A stretch of DNA of 37,396 nt from Actinomycetota bacterium (GCA_050693695.1 JBOGWM010000038.1:1-37396); one strand, 5' to 3'; numbered from the stretch's first letter, positions 24,734-34,423 are shown. A program made the numbers and translations. Notes: generated by a model not told the origin, from the letters alone.

Positions 24734-25999
24734 TCAGTCCGGTGGGGTTCGCCGGGCGGTGCCCGAGAGATGGCGATAGATGATCCCGAGCGCCAAGATG
24801 CCGAGGCCGGCGAGGATCGCGGACGGCGGCAGTGTCGCCGCCAGGATGAGGCAGCCGGTCAGGCCGGCGCCCTGGAGGGCGCGGGGCCAGCGGCGCTGCT
24901 CGGGGGGCTGGGTGAAAGCGGAGGCGTTGGCGATGGCGTAATAGATGAGCACCCCGAGCGACGAGAAACCGATCGCCCCTCGCAGGTCCACGATCCAGAC
25001 GAGCACCGAGACCGCGATGGCCAGGGCGACCCCGGCGTGATGCGGTATCCGGAATCGGGGATGCACCGCGGCGAGCCAGCCGGGCAGGTCCCCGTGGCTG
25101 GCCATGGCGAGGCTGGTACGGCCGATGCCGGCGATGAGCGCGAGCAGCGCGCCCAGGCTCGCGGCGGCTGCCCCGATGCCAACGAACGGGCTCGCCCAGC
25201 CCCAGCCGCCCGCCCGCACCGACTCGGCCAGCGGGGCGGTGGATGCTGCGAGCCGGTCCGGGCCGAGTACGGCCAGCACGGCGACGGCGACCAGCGCGTA
25301 GAGCGCCATGGCGATGGCAAGGGCCACGAGGACGGCGCGCGGGATTGTCCGGTGCGGCTCCCGGACCTCCTCACCCATCGTGGCGATGCGGGCGTACCCG
25401 GCGAACGCGAAGAACAGCAATCCGGCGGACTGCAGGACTCCGTACCACCCGCCCGCCGCCCAGGCGGTGAGGTTGCTCGGGTTGGCGTCCCCGTGCAGGC
25501 TCGCGGTGACCACCAGGCCAAGAGCGGTGACCACCACGACCACCAGGACCCGGGTGAGCCCTGCGGTCCCGGTCACGCCCCGGTAATTGACCCCGCTCAA
25601 CGTGAGGACGGCGGCGATCCCTACGGGCCGCTCGTAGCCGGGTGCGACGTAGGAGGCGAATGTCAGGGCCATCGCCGCGCACGAGGCCGTCTTGCCGACC
25701 ACGAAACCCCAGCCTGCGAGAAAGCCCCACCACTCCCCGAGTCGCTCTCGCCCGTAGATGTACGTGCCGCCGGAAGTGGGGTAGACCGCGGCAAGCTGGG
25801 CCGAGGCGGTGGCGTTGCAATAGGCCACGACCCCGGCGAGCGCCAGCCCGATCAGCAGGCCGGCGCCAGCCGCACGGGCCGCGGGGGCGAAGGCGGCGAA
25901 TATGCCGGCGCCGAGCATCGAACCCAGACCGATCAGCGTCGCGTCGAGCATCCCGAGTCGCCGGGCCAGGGGGGGTCGCGCCTCTGTGGTTCCGTCCAC
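24734..25999 (-). CDS. APC-superfamily amino acid permease
   Basis: LARRLGMLDATLIGLGSMLGAGIFAAF..., about 12 hydrophobic segments, FFAFAGYARIATMGEEVREPHRTIPRA. The start is set at GTG 25999, the first initiator after the SulP stop. ATG 25951 is an alternative. Confidence 0.85.
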   Translation of the reverse strand: MDGTTEARPPLARRLGMLDATLIGLGSMLGAGIFAAFAPAARAAGAGLLIGLALAGVVAYCNATASAQLAAVYPTSGGTYIYGRERLGEWWGFLAGWGFVVGKTASCAAMALTFASYVAPGYERPVGIAAVLTLSGVNYRGVTGTAGLTRVLVVVVVTALGLVVTASLHGDANPSNLTAWAAGGWYGVLQSAGLLFFAFAGYARIATMGEEVREPHRTIPRAVLVALAIAMALYALVAVAVLAVLGPDRLAASTAPLAESVRAGGWGWASPFVGIGAAAASLGALLALIAGIGRTSLAMASHGDLPGWLAAVHPRFRIPHHAGVALAIAVSVLVWIVDLRGAIGFSSLGVLIYYAIANASAFTQPPEQRRWPRALQGAGLTGCLILAATLPPSAILAGLGILALGIIYRHLSGTARRTPPD

Positions 26000-26040
26000 T
26001 ACCTCGTTCGCCGCCTCACTCTGAACCGCACTCTTGGTGA

Positions 26041-27564
26041 TCAGCGGCGACGGGATCCCAAGCGGCGACAGCGGTGGACGTCGTCCCAGTCGATCATCAC
26101 CCGACCGCCCCGTTCCTCGTGGGTCCGCTCCCAGTTCGCGAGGATCTCGAGGGCTGCATGATCCAGGTGGGCGAGCTGATCGAGATGCACGTGAACCTCG
26201 GCGTCTGCGGGAATGCCGTCGAGAGCTTCGGCGATGTCGGGGAGGCTCAGGAACGTGGCGGAGCCCCGCAGGTGGAGTCGGCTCAGGTCCTGCTCGGGCA
26301 CGTGCTCGACGTCGATGTGCAGCCGCGAGAGCCGCAAGAGCAGGAGGGCCACGGCGACGCCGAAGCCGGCGAGCACGCCGACAAGCAGGTCGGTGGCGAC
26401 AATCGTGGCCACGGTGACGGTGTAGGTGACGAGCTCGGAACGCCCGTGGCGGTACAGCTCCCGCACGGCGTGTCGGTCCACCAGCTTCCATCCCGTAACC
26501 ACAAGCACGGCGGCCAGGCTCGAGATGGGGACGAGGCGAAGGACGTCCCGGCCCAGCGTGGCGAAGAGGAGAATCCAGACGCCGTGCATGATGGCCGAGG
26601 CCCGCGTGCGGCCCCCGGCCTGCACGTTCGTGCTGGAGCGCACGATGACTGCTGTCATCGGAAGCGACCCCAGCAATCCGCAGACTGCATTGCCCATTCC
26701 CTGGGCGGCGAGTTCGCGGTTGTAATTGGACCGAGGACCGCGGTGCAGCCGATCGAGCGCGCTGGCGCAAAGAAGGGTTTCGGCGCTGGCGACCACAGCA
26801 AGGCCCAGCGCGGTCATCCACACGCGCGGGTCAAAGAGGTCGTGAGGGTGGGGACGGATCGCTTCGGCGAGGATGTTTCGAGGGATCTCGACTCGGGCCA
26901 CGGCCAGACCGAGGAGGTTCACAACCGCCGTGGCCACCGTCACCGCCACCAGGGCTCCGGGGACCACCCGCAGCCTGGCGGGCACGAAGCGAGACCAGCC
27001 AACAATCACCACAAGCGTGATGAGACCCACGATTGCGGCTTCGGTGTGAGGCAAGTCCTGCCGGACGGTGAACGTCTTGGCGAGGCTCTCCGGAATGGCA
27101 AGGAGGTTCGCCAAGCCGCCCTCCCTCGGCTTGTCATCGATCATGGCGTGGAACTGACTGCCCACGATGAGGATCCCGATCCCCGACAGCATCCCGTGGA
27201 CGACTGCCGGGGGGACCGCGCGAAACCACCGCCCACCCCGGAGCAGACCGGCGACGAGTTGGAGGATCCCCGCCGCGAGGACGGTCGCTCCCAGGAAAGC
27301 GACTCCGCGCTCCCGCACGATCTCGAAGATGATGACCGTGAGCCCCGCTGCCGGGCCACTCACCTGGAGGGGAGAGCCCTGGAGGAACCCGACCACGAAC
27401 CCTCCGACGATCCCGGTGACCAGTCCGAGTGCGGGGGGCATACCCGAAGCCAGCGCGATTCCCAGGCAGAGCGGGAGGGCCACCAAGAAGACGACGAGAG
27501 AGGCAAGGAAGTCCGCCGCAACTGTCGCCTTCACTCCACTATGGCGACTCGGTTTCGTTAGCAT
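26041..27564 (-). CDS. SulP-family anion transporter with C-terminal STAS domain
   Basis: ATG 27564 with GGAGAG upstream. Motifs: DFLASLVVFLVALPLCLGIALASGMPPALGLVTGIVGGFVVGFL.GSPLQVSGPAAG. The C-terminus (LHLRGSATFLSLPDI...HVHLDQLAHLDHAALEIL) is STAS-like. Confidence 0.9.
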   Translation of the reverse strand: MLTKPSRHSGVKATVAADFLASLVVFLVALPLCLGIALASGMPPALGLVTGIVGGFVVGFLQGSPLQVSGPAAGLTVIIFEIVRERGVAFLGATVLAAGILQLVAGLLRGGRWFRAVPPAVVHGMLSGIGILIVGSQFHAMIDDKPREGGLANLLAIPESLAKTFTVRQDLPHTEAAIVGLITLVVIVGWSRFVPARLRVVPGALVAVTVATAVVNLLGLAVARVEIPRNILAEAIRPHPHDLFDPRVWMTALGLAVVASAETLLCASALDRLHRGPRSNYNRELAAQGMGNAVCGLLGSLPMTAVIVRSSTNVQAGGRTRASAIMHGVWILLFATLGRDVLRLVPISSLAAVLVVTGWKLVDRHAVRELYRHGRSELVTYTVTVATIVATDLLVGVLAGFGVAVALLLLRLSRLHIDVEHVPEQDLSRLHLRGSATFLSLPDIAEALDGIPADAEVHVHLDQLAHLDHAALEILANWERTHEERGGRVMIDWDDVHRCRRLGSRRR

Positions 27565-27647
27565 GAACTCTCCATTACTGATGGAGTGCGATGATCGCCC
27601 GGCTCGGGCACGCTTCACCAATAGTAGGGACGGTGTTAAGGAGGCTG

Positions 27648-27863
27648 TCACCAGCCGCAAAGCAGCCGCGTTCTGACCTCGTGGAGTCGCAGGCCTCCCC
27701 GGTACATCACCACGATGAGCGCCCGGTTGCGGATGCCGGTTGGGGCTTTAGGGGAGCAGGCCAAGATGAGGGCCCGCACCTCCTCCGGGGTGAGGATCTC
27801 AGCAGGGTAGCGCCGTCCCCTGTTGGCGGGAGCCCGGCTGGAGGACTCCGAGGGCCTTGCCAC
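27648..27863 (-). pseudogene. N-terminal fragment of a tyrosine recombinase/integrase
   Basis: RRYPAEILTPEEVRALILACSPKAPTGIRNRALIVVMYRGGLRLHEV matches the core-binding/first catalytic Arg region of XerC/D-like integrases. It then diverges and stops after 71 codons. The remaining ~250 aa are missing. Confidence 0.6.
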
Positions 27864-27990
27864 GGCCTACAGTTGCGCTAACGGTCATAGGCAAACTACA
27901 GGTCTGACTCGGGTTGCGTTCGACGACTTAGACGCCGCTGACCGTTCATACTCCGGGGATGCGAGCTCAAGGTGCGATCCCAAAGCGCAC

Positions 27991-28500
27991 ATGAGAAGTT
28001 GGCGGGATCTCAACCGTTGGGTCCAGATCGCTGCGATTCTGGGGCCCCCAGTCGCGATTCTCGGCATAGTTCTACCTTTCGTTTTTGCCAGATACGACGG
28101 GAGACCTGCTCCATCGGCGCCGCCCATCCCGCCGCTAACCTCGATAGCGCCGTCGCCCCGAGGCGAGTGCACTCGCTTGTCGGAGGAGCACTACGATGTC
28201 CGGCGTAACCGCCCCTGGGAGGAGGTCTGGAGGTGCCCCAATGTACCCGGCACCTCTGTGTACAGGGAAGCCCAATCCTCGAGTCCTGTGGTTGGAGATT
28301 TGAAGACCAAAGACAGCTGGTTCGCATGTTGGGTCTTTGGAGAGCATCACGCCGGGCGCAACAACATCTGGTACTACACACAGGGAGACCGGGTTCGAGC
28401 TGAACCTGAGTTGAAGGCATGGGGGTTCGTCCCCGCCGTGAAGCTGAAGACACGAGTTGACCCCAGCCCGAACATGGCTCAATGCTCGTTCAGCAGTTAG
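27991..28500 (+). CDS. Hypothetical membrane-anchored protein with SH3-like C-terminal domain
   Basis: ATG 27991 gives MRSWRDLNRWVQIAAILGPPVAILGIVLPFVF (TM), a Pro-rich linker, then SVYREAQSSSPVVGDLKTKDSWFACWVFGEHHAGRNNIWYYTQGD...AWGFVPAVKL. The fold assignment is by pattern only. Confidence 0.45.
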   Translation: MRSWRDLNRWVQIAAILGPPVAILGIVLPFVFARYDGRPAPSAPPIPPLTSIAPSPRGECTRLSEEHYDVRRNRPWEEVWRCPNVPGTSVYREAQSSSPVVGDLKTKDSWFACWVFGEHHAGRNNIWYYTQGDRVRAEPELKAWGFVPAVKLKTRVDPSPNMAQCSFSS

Positions 28501-28619
28501 GCGCTTCCCCCGGAACGCGAGAACGGGACCCGTCGTTTTCTCGAAGTCTGCCCCGGAAACGTCGTTTTGGGCGTTTGGCAGCCGCTGCTTCAGGACTTGC
28601 GAGGGACCTCCGGCAGCCG

Positions 28620-28824
28620 AGTCCGGCGCCACCACCGACCGGCTGGGCCTCCACGCTCTGCTCGGCTACGCCAGAACCGCCTGCTGCGTGGGCAGGGCCA
28701 CACGATTGCGGACATCGTGGCCAAGACCGGCATCACGCGCTCCAGCCTCTACCGGCACTTGCCCCCTCGAGAGCCGGAGTCCGTGACGGCCGACCACGAA
28801 GCGGTCGACGACAACGCCACCTGA
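28620..28824 (+). pseudogene. C-terminal HTH remnant of a serine recombinase (resolvase/invertase)
   Basis: RPAGPPRSARLRQNRLLRGQGHTIADIVAKTGITRSSLYRHL resembles the GRP...HTH_7 tail of resolvases. No catalytic N-terminal domain is found upstream in any frame. Confidence 0.4.
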
Positions 28825-28915
28825 CTTGGCTGGCAAAGGAGCCGGACAGACCTGAATCCTGTCCGGCTCCAGAAAGGCCACCCCTTGATTGAGGTGCTTC
28901 ACCTCCGACCCAACC

Positions 28916-29200
28916 CTAGCGGAGCTCGACGCACCCGCTTGCAACCCATCCCCTAACGTTTGGCAGCCATTGAATCTGATCCCATAGTGGGCTCAAATCG
29001 TTGGGGCAACCAGAGTATTCCCCACCAAATGCAGAGGTGATATACGGGCGACACTCTCCCCGGTTCAACAGACCGAGAATGTCGCTTGTCGTATTCGGCT
29101 CGCGCCGAACCCGCACCGCGTCGACGATACTGCAGGCGTTCAGGCCAGCCCCAGCGCGTCGCCGAGCTTCGAGCGCCTCAGGATCTTGTTCTGCAGACAT
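28916..29200 (-). CDS. Hypothetical small protein with SH3-like pattern
   Basis: ATG 29200 preceded by AAAGGAG, in a lower-GC patch. VDAVRVRREPNTTSDILGLLNRGE...WDQIQWLPNVRGWVASGCVEL. No signal peptide. Confidence 0.4.
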   Translation of the reverse strand: MSAEQDPEALEARRRAGAGLNACSIVDAVRVRREPNTTSDILGLLNRGECRPYITSAFGGEYSGCPNDLSPLWDQIQWLPNVRGWVASGCVELR

Positions 29201-29875
29201 TTTGGCTCCTTTCTTTTTCTGCGGCGAACGCTCTTTGTCGTCCACCTCCTCGTGGTTCTCTTGCCTGTTCTATCTCGCAGGGAGATTACAAAAGTGACTA
29301 TTGCAGTTTTATAGCCGAACCTAGCAATACGGAGAGTATAGTCATCGAGTAAGCCCTCGCCATCAGAGGGCTGCTCGGGCGGTCTCGCCGGCTGTGGCGG
29401 CGAGACCGAGAGGAGGGTCGAACGCTTCGGCACGAAGCTGTCCGCACTCGCGTGGCGTGGACGCTCGCCGGGGACGGCGTTCCGAGCAGCTAGACGGGTG
29501 GATCCGCGCCGGCGACGTCGTCCCTCTCTCCCGAGGACCTCGAGGATATCGAGCGGCAGGCGATACGCGAAACACCCGTGGACGAGACACACCACCGGGT
29601 ACCTTGAGCTCTCCTGGCTGGATGGATGATCCGGCCTCCCCTCGCCAAAGAGTGTTATGTAGGGAGAGGGTGGTCACCGTGCATGATCGCATCGGCGGCG
29701 GTGCACTCCTCGCCTTGCTCGTTGCAGGAATTGACTGGCATCGCAGATCGTCACCCATCCCCGCCAGCCTGCTCCGGGCTCAAGGACGGCACCCAAACTG
29801 CCGACAGGGAGTAGACGTACTCCGATCGGTAAGTCCAAAGCTAGGCCCTTCGTCACGGAAAGAGGTATCCGCCGT

Positions 29876-30277
29876 ATGAGCACTCCGATCACCCCCGAGC
29901 TGACCAACATCAGAACCGGCAGGCACGACACCTTCGATCGTGTGGTGCTTGATTTCAACGGCGTACAACCGGGCGCCACCTTCGAGCTCGTCGATGAGCT
30001 GATCGAGGACGGAAGCGGTGAGGTGGTATGGCTCACCGGATGCCAGTTCGTCGCGGTGAGGGCCGAACCCGCCGCCGCACACGACGAGGCGGGCAACCCC
30101 ACCTATACCGGCCCGCGCAAGTTCCGCACGAGGAACTTGGTCAACGTCATGGCGGTCGCGATCACCGGCGACTTCGAGGCCGTGCTTGGTGTCGGCCTCG
30201 GGCTGCGGCACACCGCCGACGTCAAGGTCTTCACCCTCACTGGTCCGACGAGAGTGGTCATCGACGTCTCACGCTGA
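29876..30277 (+). CDS. AMIN-like domain protein (actinobacterial family), lacking a signal peptide
   Basis: GGAAAGAGG upstream. LTNIRTGRHDTFDRVVLDFNG..PGATFELVDELIEDGSGEVVWLTGCQFVAVR...TYTGPRKF...ITGDFEAVLGVGLGL...VFTLTGPTRVVIDV matches my recollection of 'AMIN-like domain-containing (lipo)proteins'. Confidence 0.55.
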   Translation: MSTPITPELTNIRTGRHDTFDRVVLDFNGVQPGATFELVDELIEDGSGEVVWLTGCQFVAVRAEPAAAHDEAGNPTYTGPRKFRTRNLVNVMAVAITGDFEAVLGVGLGLRHTADVKVFTLTGPTRVVIDVSR

Positions 30278-30831
30278 TCACCGAGCAATTGAAACGTTGA
30301 AGAAAGGACCGGCGGCCACAGCGTCAAGTGGGGCTTCGACGGCAATGGCATCGGCGGGGCGGAATTTTACGACCAGATCAGCGTACAGTTCGTTCACAAG
30401 CTCCCGGGCGGAACCCATGTCTTCTTCGTCACCTCCGATTGCGGGGACGACAAGGTCGAGTTCACCATCGGCACGTAGCTGTTTCTCAGGACCCCCAACT
30501 CCTGTTAGCGGCTTGTCTCTCGGCCCGGCAGCGGCGCTGCCCCGAAGTGGTGGGCCGTCGAGGCGTGGGGGTCGCGGCCGTCATGGGGGCAGGGGCTCGC
30601 GTGAATGGTCGCCTGGGCCAGGCGGGGGATCTGGTGCAGGAGGCGATGGTGCGCCTCCTCGCCGATGTCATGGGCCTGGGGGGTCCGATACCGCAGCCGC
30701 CGGCGCAGCTTCAGCTCCCCGATGCTTCGCGCCGGGGTAGGGATACACCCGTCGACATAAAGCGAGCACCAAGACCAAAATGCCCCCAAGTCCACCTTTA
30801 AGGTGTTGTTAGTGTCCTCGCCTATATTGGG

Positions 30832-31077
30832 ATGCTAGCACTATTTACTATGGATGCTCTGCCTGTCAACATTTCTTCATGGCTCATGGCGCCTGAAGAG
30901 CGAGAAGAAGAGACGGAGTATCCCTTGTGGGTTGAGCAATTCCAGGTTGAGGCCAGATTGGCCGGACTTCTCGGACGAGTGTACGGACCAGGGCTGATAT
31001 GGCTCTCCAAGGGGGCTTCGCTAACGTTCGCAGGCACCGGGAGCAAGGGCTGTAGAGTCGGCGAGAGGCTAAAATAA
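30832..31077 (+). CDS. Hypothetical protein (first of two coupled small ORFs in a ~50% GC patch)
   Basis: 81-aa ORF whose stop overlaps the next ATG (TAATG). Acidic stretch APEEREEETEYPLW. No family recognised. Confidence 0.3.
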   Translation: MLALFTMDALPVNISSWLMAPEEREEETEYPLWVEQFQVEARLAGLLGRVYGPGLIWLSKGASLTFAGTGSKGCRVGERLK

Positions 31078-31280
31078 TGGACCTCGTCCCATGTCCGATC
31101 TGCAACGGAATAGCAGAGATCCAGGATCGTCTCAGGAAGGATCCCAGGGGAGCCATCACCCACGTCACGGTGGCTTGCGTGGCCGGTCACTGGACGATTC
31201 TGCCGATAGTTCAGGGGAAAGAAGCGGACAATCTTCGGATAGCAGAGGGTGAGGAGAACTCCGGGAGAGCTGTGACCTGA
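31077..31280 (+). CDS. Hypothetical small protein with CPxC...CxxGH motif (possible zinc ribbon)
   Basis: MDLVPCPICNGIAEIQDRLRKDPRGAITHVTVACVAGHW... It is translationally coupled to the preceding ORF. Confidence 0.35.
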   Translation: MDLVPCPICNGIAEIQDRLRKDPRGAITHVTVACVAGHWTILPIVQGKEADNLRIAEGEENSGRAVT

Positions 31281-31376
31281 TCATTCCTCAGGGGCCTATC
31301 GGAGGGCCGGGGGGGCCGAGTTTCGGGAGATCGGCCGCCGGCACGTCCTCGAAAACCGGGGAGGCATGGAGCTAAG

Positions 31377-32246
31377 TTAAGGCTTGCGGCCGGTGACGAT
31401 CCCGTAGCCCCAGAGGCCCCGGCGCATCGCCCGCCACTGGTCGCGGGCCGCTCGCACGTTGCCGTGCTGGATGTCGGAGCGAACCCCAAGCTTGTGCAGG
31501 AGCTTGGCGGCCGGATAGCAGGCGACCGTGACATGGTGGAGTCGCCGGCAGGAGCGCGCCACGTTGGTCGTGCAGTCCTCCTCGGTGACATCGACGAAGC
31601 CCGCCTCTGCCGACCAGGTGGCGAACTCCTCCCGCGAGGCCAGATTGGGAACCATCCATCCAGAAAGCCAGGAGCGCTGCAGGTCGTGCTCCTCCTTCGA
31701 GAAGGGTCGCTCCACCCGGAACCCATCCTGGACGACCAAGCTTCCGCCGGGTTTCAGGATCCGGAAGGCCTCGCGGATGAAGTCACGCTTGTCCGTGGCG
31801 TAATTAATGCTCTCGAGGCCGTATACCGCGTCGAAAGTCTCGTCCGCGAACGCGGTCCGGCAGTAGTCCTGGAGGCCGAAGCGGACCCTTCGCTCGAGCC
31901 CCCGCTCGGCCGTGTACCGCTGCGCCCGCACGATCTGGCTGGGAGCGATCGTGATCCCCACGACGTTCACGTCGTGGTGCTCCGCCAGCCACATCGCGGT
32001 CCCGCCCACCCCGCAACCCGCGTCCAACACGAGCTGCCCGGGCTTGAGATCGATGTGGCGGGCCAGCACCCGGTTCATGTTGAGCAGGGACTCAGAATGG
32101 TTGGTGACGCTGTCATCCCAATAGCCGAAGTGGATGGCCCGGTTCTTCGGGTTGAGCCAGATCATCCGGTAATCGAGCCAGGTCTGCTCGTAGTAGTCCG
32201 CGATGTCCCTGCGCTCGCCGGGACGGATGGGGGCGGAGGAGGCCAT
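31377..32246 (-). CDS. Class I SAM-dependent methyltransferase
   Basis: YYEQTWLDYRMIW...IHFGYW, LVLDAGCGVGGTAMWLAE (motif I), VVGITIAPSQ, FDAVYGLES, LKPGGSLVV. The substrate cannot be determined. Confidence 0.85.
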   Translation of the reverse strand: MASSAPIRPGERRDIADYYEQTWLDYRMIWLNPKNRAIHFGYWDDSVTNHSESLLNMNRVLARHIDLKPGQLVLDAGCGVGGTAMWLAEHHDVNVVGITIAPSQIVRAQRYTAERGLERRVRFGLQDYCRTAFADETFDAVYGLESINYATDKRDFIREAFRILKPGGSLVVQDGFRVERPFSKEEHDLQRSWLSGWMVPNLASREEFATWSAEAGFVDVTEEDCTTNVARSCRRLHHVTVACYPAAKLLHKLGVRSDIQHGNVRAARDQWRAMRRGLWGYGIVTGRKP

Positions 32247-32659
32247 GACCGAACTCTACCTCACCCCTTGAGGCTTGAGGCTTGAACGAAGGAGGGCCTC
32301 GATCAGGTCCCCGGCTGTCAGGCCGTCGAGCGGCAACAGAACGAAAAGTAACGTTAGATTCTGACCGCCCCAGGTAGCCGGCGGCGGGTGACAGCTACCC
32401 GAGCCAAGAGCCCTACATCCGACCCGAGCGAAGTCTCGGGTCGGATGGCCCCTTCGGGGCAACACAACAAGGCGATCGGCCAGTTCCAGCCCGTCGCCGT
32501 CACTCGACTCTTCTGTCCTGCCTATCGCCACGCCCTATGGGCTCTGCTGAGCCGAGGTGTCTGCGTTGGCTCTAGGCCGACCGAGTCGCGCGCGATGATC
32601 GTCCTCTTCGCAGCGTTATGGAGATTGTCCCGGGATCCGTAGAAAAACAGGTGGCGGTC

Positions 32660-32687
32660 CTCCACCCGTGATAGGTCACGGGTGGAG
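32660..32687 (+). other. 12-bp-stem hairpin immediately upstream of the IS256-type transposase RBS
   Basis: CTCCACCCGTGA-TAGG-TCACGGGTGGAG at 32660-32687. AAGGAGG lies at 32691-32697 and the ATG at 32706. Confidence 0.8.
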
Positions 32688-32705
32688 AGTAAGGAGGAAC
32701 CGCCA

Positions 32706-33563
32706 ATGGCCAAGATTAAACGGATTCCGCTCGGCGGGGAGCCGGGCTGCCACAAGATCGAGATTCCCGACCGGGTGACGGTCGAGCTCGCCTCCCTCGC
32801 CGGGAAGGCCAGGCAAGGCCTGCTGGCCTTCGCCGTGGGAGTAGGGCTGGAGGTGTTCCGCACCCTGCTCGAGGAGGACGTCGCCCGTATCGCCGGTCCC
32901 AAGGGCCGCCACGACCCCGCCGGCTGGGCCGCCTACCGCCACGGGAAGCAGGCCTCCAGCGTGACGCTCGGGGGACGCAAGGTCGCGGTCGCCCGGCCAC
33001 GGGTACGCGGGGTCGCCGGCGGCGAGGTTGCCCTGCCGACTTGGGCGGCCTTCGCCGGCGAGGAGCTGCTGTCCGATCAGACCATGGCCTGCCTGCTCGC
33101 CGGGGTCTCCACCCGCAACTACGAGACGACGCTCGAGCCGGTCGGCGACGACCTGGAGGCCTCGGCGACCTCCCGCTCGGCGGTGTCCCGCCGCTTCGTG
33201 GCCCGCACCGCCACCGCCCTCGCCGAGCTCATGGCCAAAGACCTCTGCGGGTTATCGATCTGCGCCCTGTTCGCCGACGGCATCGAGGAGGCCGACCACA
33301 CCATGGTGTGCGTCATCGGCGTTGATACCCAAGGCAGAAAGCACCTCCTCGGCCTGCGGGAAGGCACGACGGAGAGCAAAACGGTGTGCGCCTCCCTGCT
33401 GTCGGACCTGGTCGGGCGGGGGCTTGACTTCTCCCGGGGGATCCTGTGCGTGATCGACGGTGGTAAGGGACTTCGGGCCGCGGTGCGGGAGGTCTTCGGC
33501 TCCCTGGGCCCAGTGCACCGGTGCCGAGTTCACAAGCGCCGCAATGTACTTGATCATCGGTGA
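32706..33563 (+). mobile_element. IS256-family (Mutator-type) transposase gene, 3'-truncated
   Basis: MAKIKRIPLGG...GPKGRHDP...RHGKQASSVTLGGRKVAVARPRVR...LAGVSTRNYE...SRSAVSRRFV...LFADGI......GVDTQGRKHLLGLREGTTES...LLSDLVGRGL...VIDGGKGLRAAV...RCRVHKRRNVLDH, then a stop. About 285 aa versus about 400+ for intact members. The downstream sequence switches to an opposite-strand WD40 remnant. Confidence 0.8.
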
Positions 33564-33790
33564 GGGGTTGGCCGAGCGGTTTGCCGTGGCGGCGTCCCAC
33601 AGCCGTACTGTGTGGTCTCCGCTGGCGGAGGTCGAGGAGTCGCCGCCATGCCCAACGCCCCCTCTCTTCCGATTCCACTTCCTTCGAGCAGCAATGGAAC
33701 GAAGAGTAACGATAGGCTCTTGAGCCTGGTCGGTGACCTTGCCATCACGCAGCGCTTCACCGACCGGTTGCTGGTGCGGAACCACCCCAT
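33564..33790 (-). pseudogene. WD40-repeat gene remnant (frameshifted)
   Basis: The minus strand reads ...GHGGDSSTSASGDHTVRLWDAATA, and with a 1-nt slip GKPLGQPLT, i.e. the WD40 'SGS.D.TVRLWD..TGKPLG.PL' unit. It abuts the truncated transposase. Confidence 0.35.
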
Positions 33791-33868
33791 TGAAGGCGGC
33801 GTCCGATCATTGATAACCCCCGATGCCCGTTGAGTTTCTCCACCCGAGGGCGCAGTTGCTGAGTGGGG

Positions 33869-33894
33869 CGTCGGGCAGCAGTTCCACGCCCACC
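33869..33894. repeat. Left copy of an exact 26-bp direct repeat CGTCGGGCAGCAGTTCCACGCCCACC
   Basis: Identical to 35842-35867 in the same orientation. The flanks are unrelated on both sides. Confidence 0.95.
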
Positions 33895-34084
33895 CTCTCG
33901 ACGCCGCGACGCGCCTCAAGCCCACAGATCATCGGCGCTTGCCTTGTCGATGAACTCGCCGACGACCACGTCCGACAGCGCCCTCACATGCTCACGGAGT
34001 AGACGTAGCCAAGCGCCACCATGACCGTTCGCCCTCCGCCAACGGGGCGTCTCAACATCACAACGTCGACCGTGTTCGGAACCG

Positions 34085-34423
34085 TTGTCCCCACGGGAGG
34101 CGGGTGGCGTGCGGCAGGCGATCGCGCAGACCGCCGAGCAAGTCTATGCCGGGCTCGATGCGAGCCAAAAATTGCCGGCCGGCAAAGACGCGAGCTACGA
34201 CATAGGGGATCTGATGGTCAACAACGGGGTGGGCAACGACACGATCAGCTCACTGAAGATGCCCAACGACGGCGGACCCTACGGATGGGGGTACACGGTG
34301 ACCCTGTATGCCGACGCTGGCTACCGAGGCGCGAGCAAATCCTTCATGTCCGACGCTGAATACGTAGGAGATGAATTGGACAACCAAACCTCCTCAATCC
34401 GGATCATGGCAATGATGGAATGA
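34085..34423 (+). CDS. Hypothetical protein with beta/gamma-crystallin-like Greek-key pattern
   Basis: GNDTISSLKMP....GWGYTVTLYADAGYRGASKSFMSDAEYVGDELDNQTSSIRI resembles the Y.G.s...ND.iSS motif. TTG start uncertain. No signal peptide. Confidence 0.45.
   Translation: MSPREAGGVRQAIAQTAEQVYAGLDASQKLPAGKDASYDIGDLMVNNGVGNDTISSLKMPNDGGPYGWGYTVTLYADAGYRGASKSFMSDAEYVGDELDNQTSSIRIMAMME

Noticed and set aside
29381-29407. 10-bp-stem hairpin GGTCTCGCCG-GCTGTGG-CGGCGAGACC, with a 6-bp hairpin at 29353-29371.
   Set aside because: No credible gene ends nearby on either strand and there is no T-tract. It is noted only as part of the degraded island.
30505-30795. 96-aa minus ORF whose ...TPQAHDIGEEAHHRLLHQIPRLAQATIHAS loosely mimics the HxLRH...LGH box of tyrosine recombinases.
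   Set aside because: The catalytic Arg/His positions are not conserved and the similarity is pattern-level only. It may be a very decayed integrase C-terminus, but I cannot support that.
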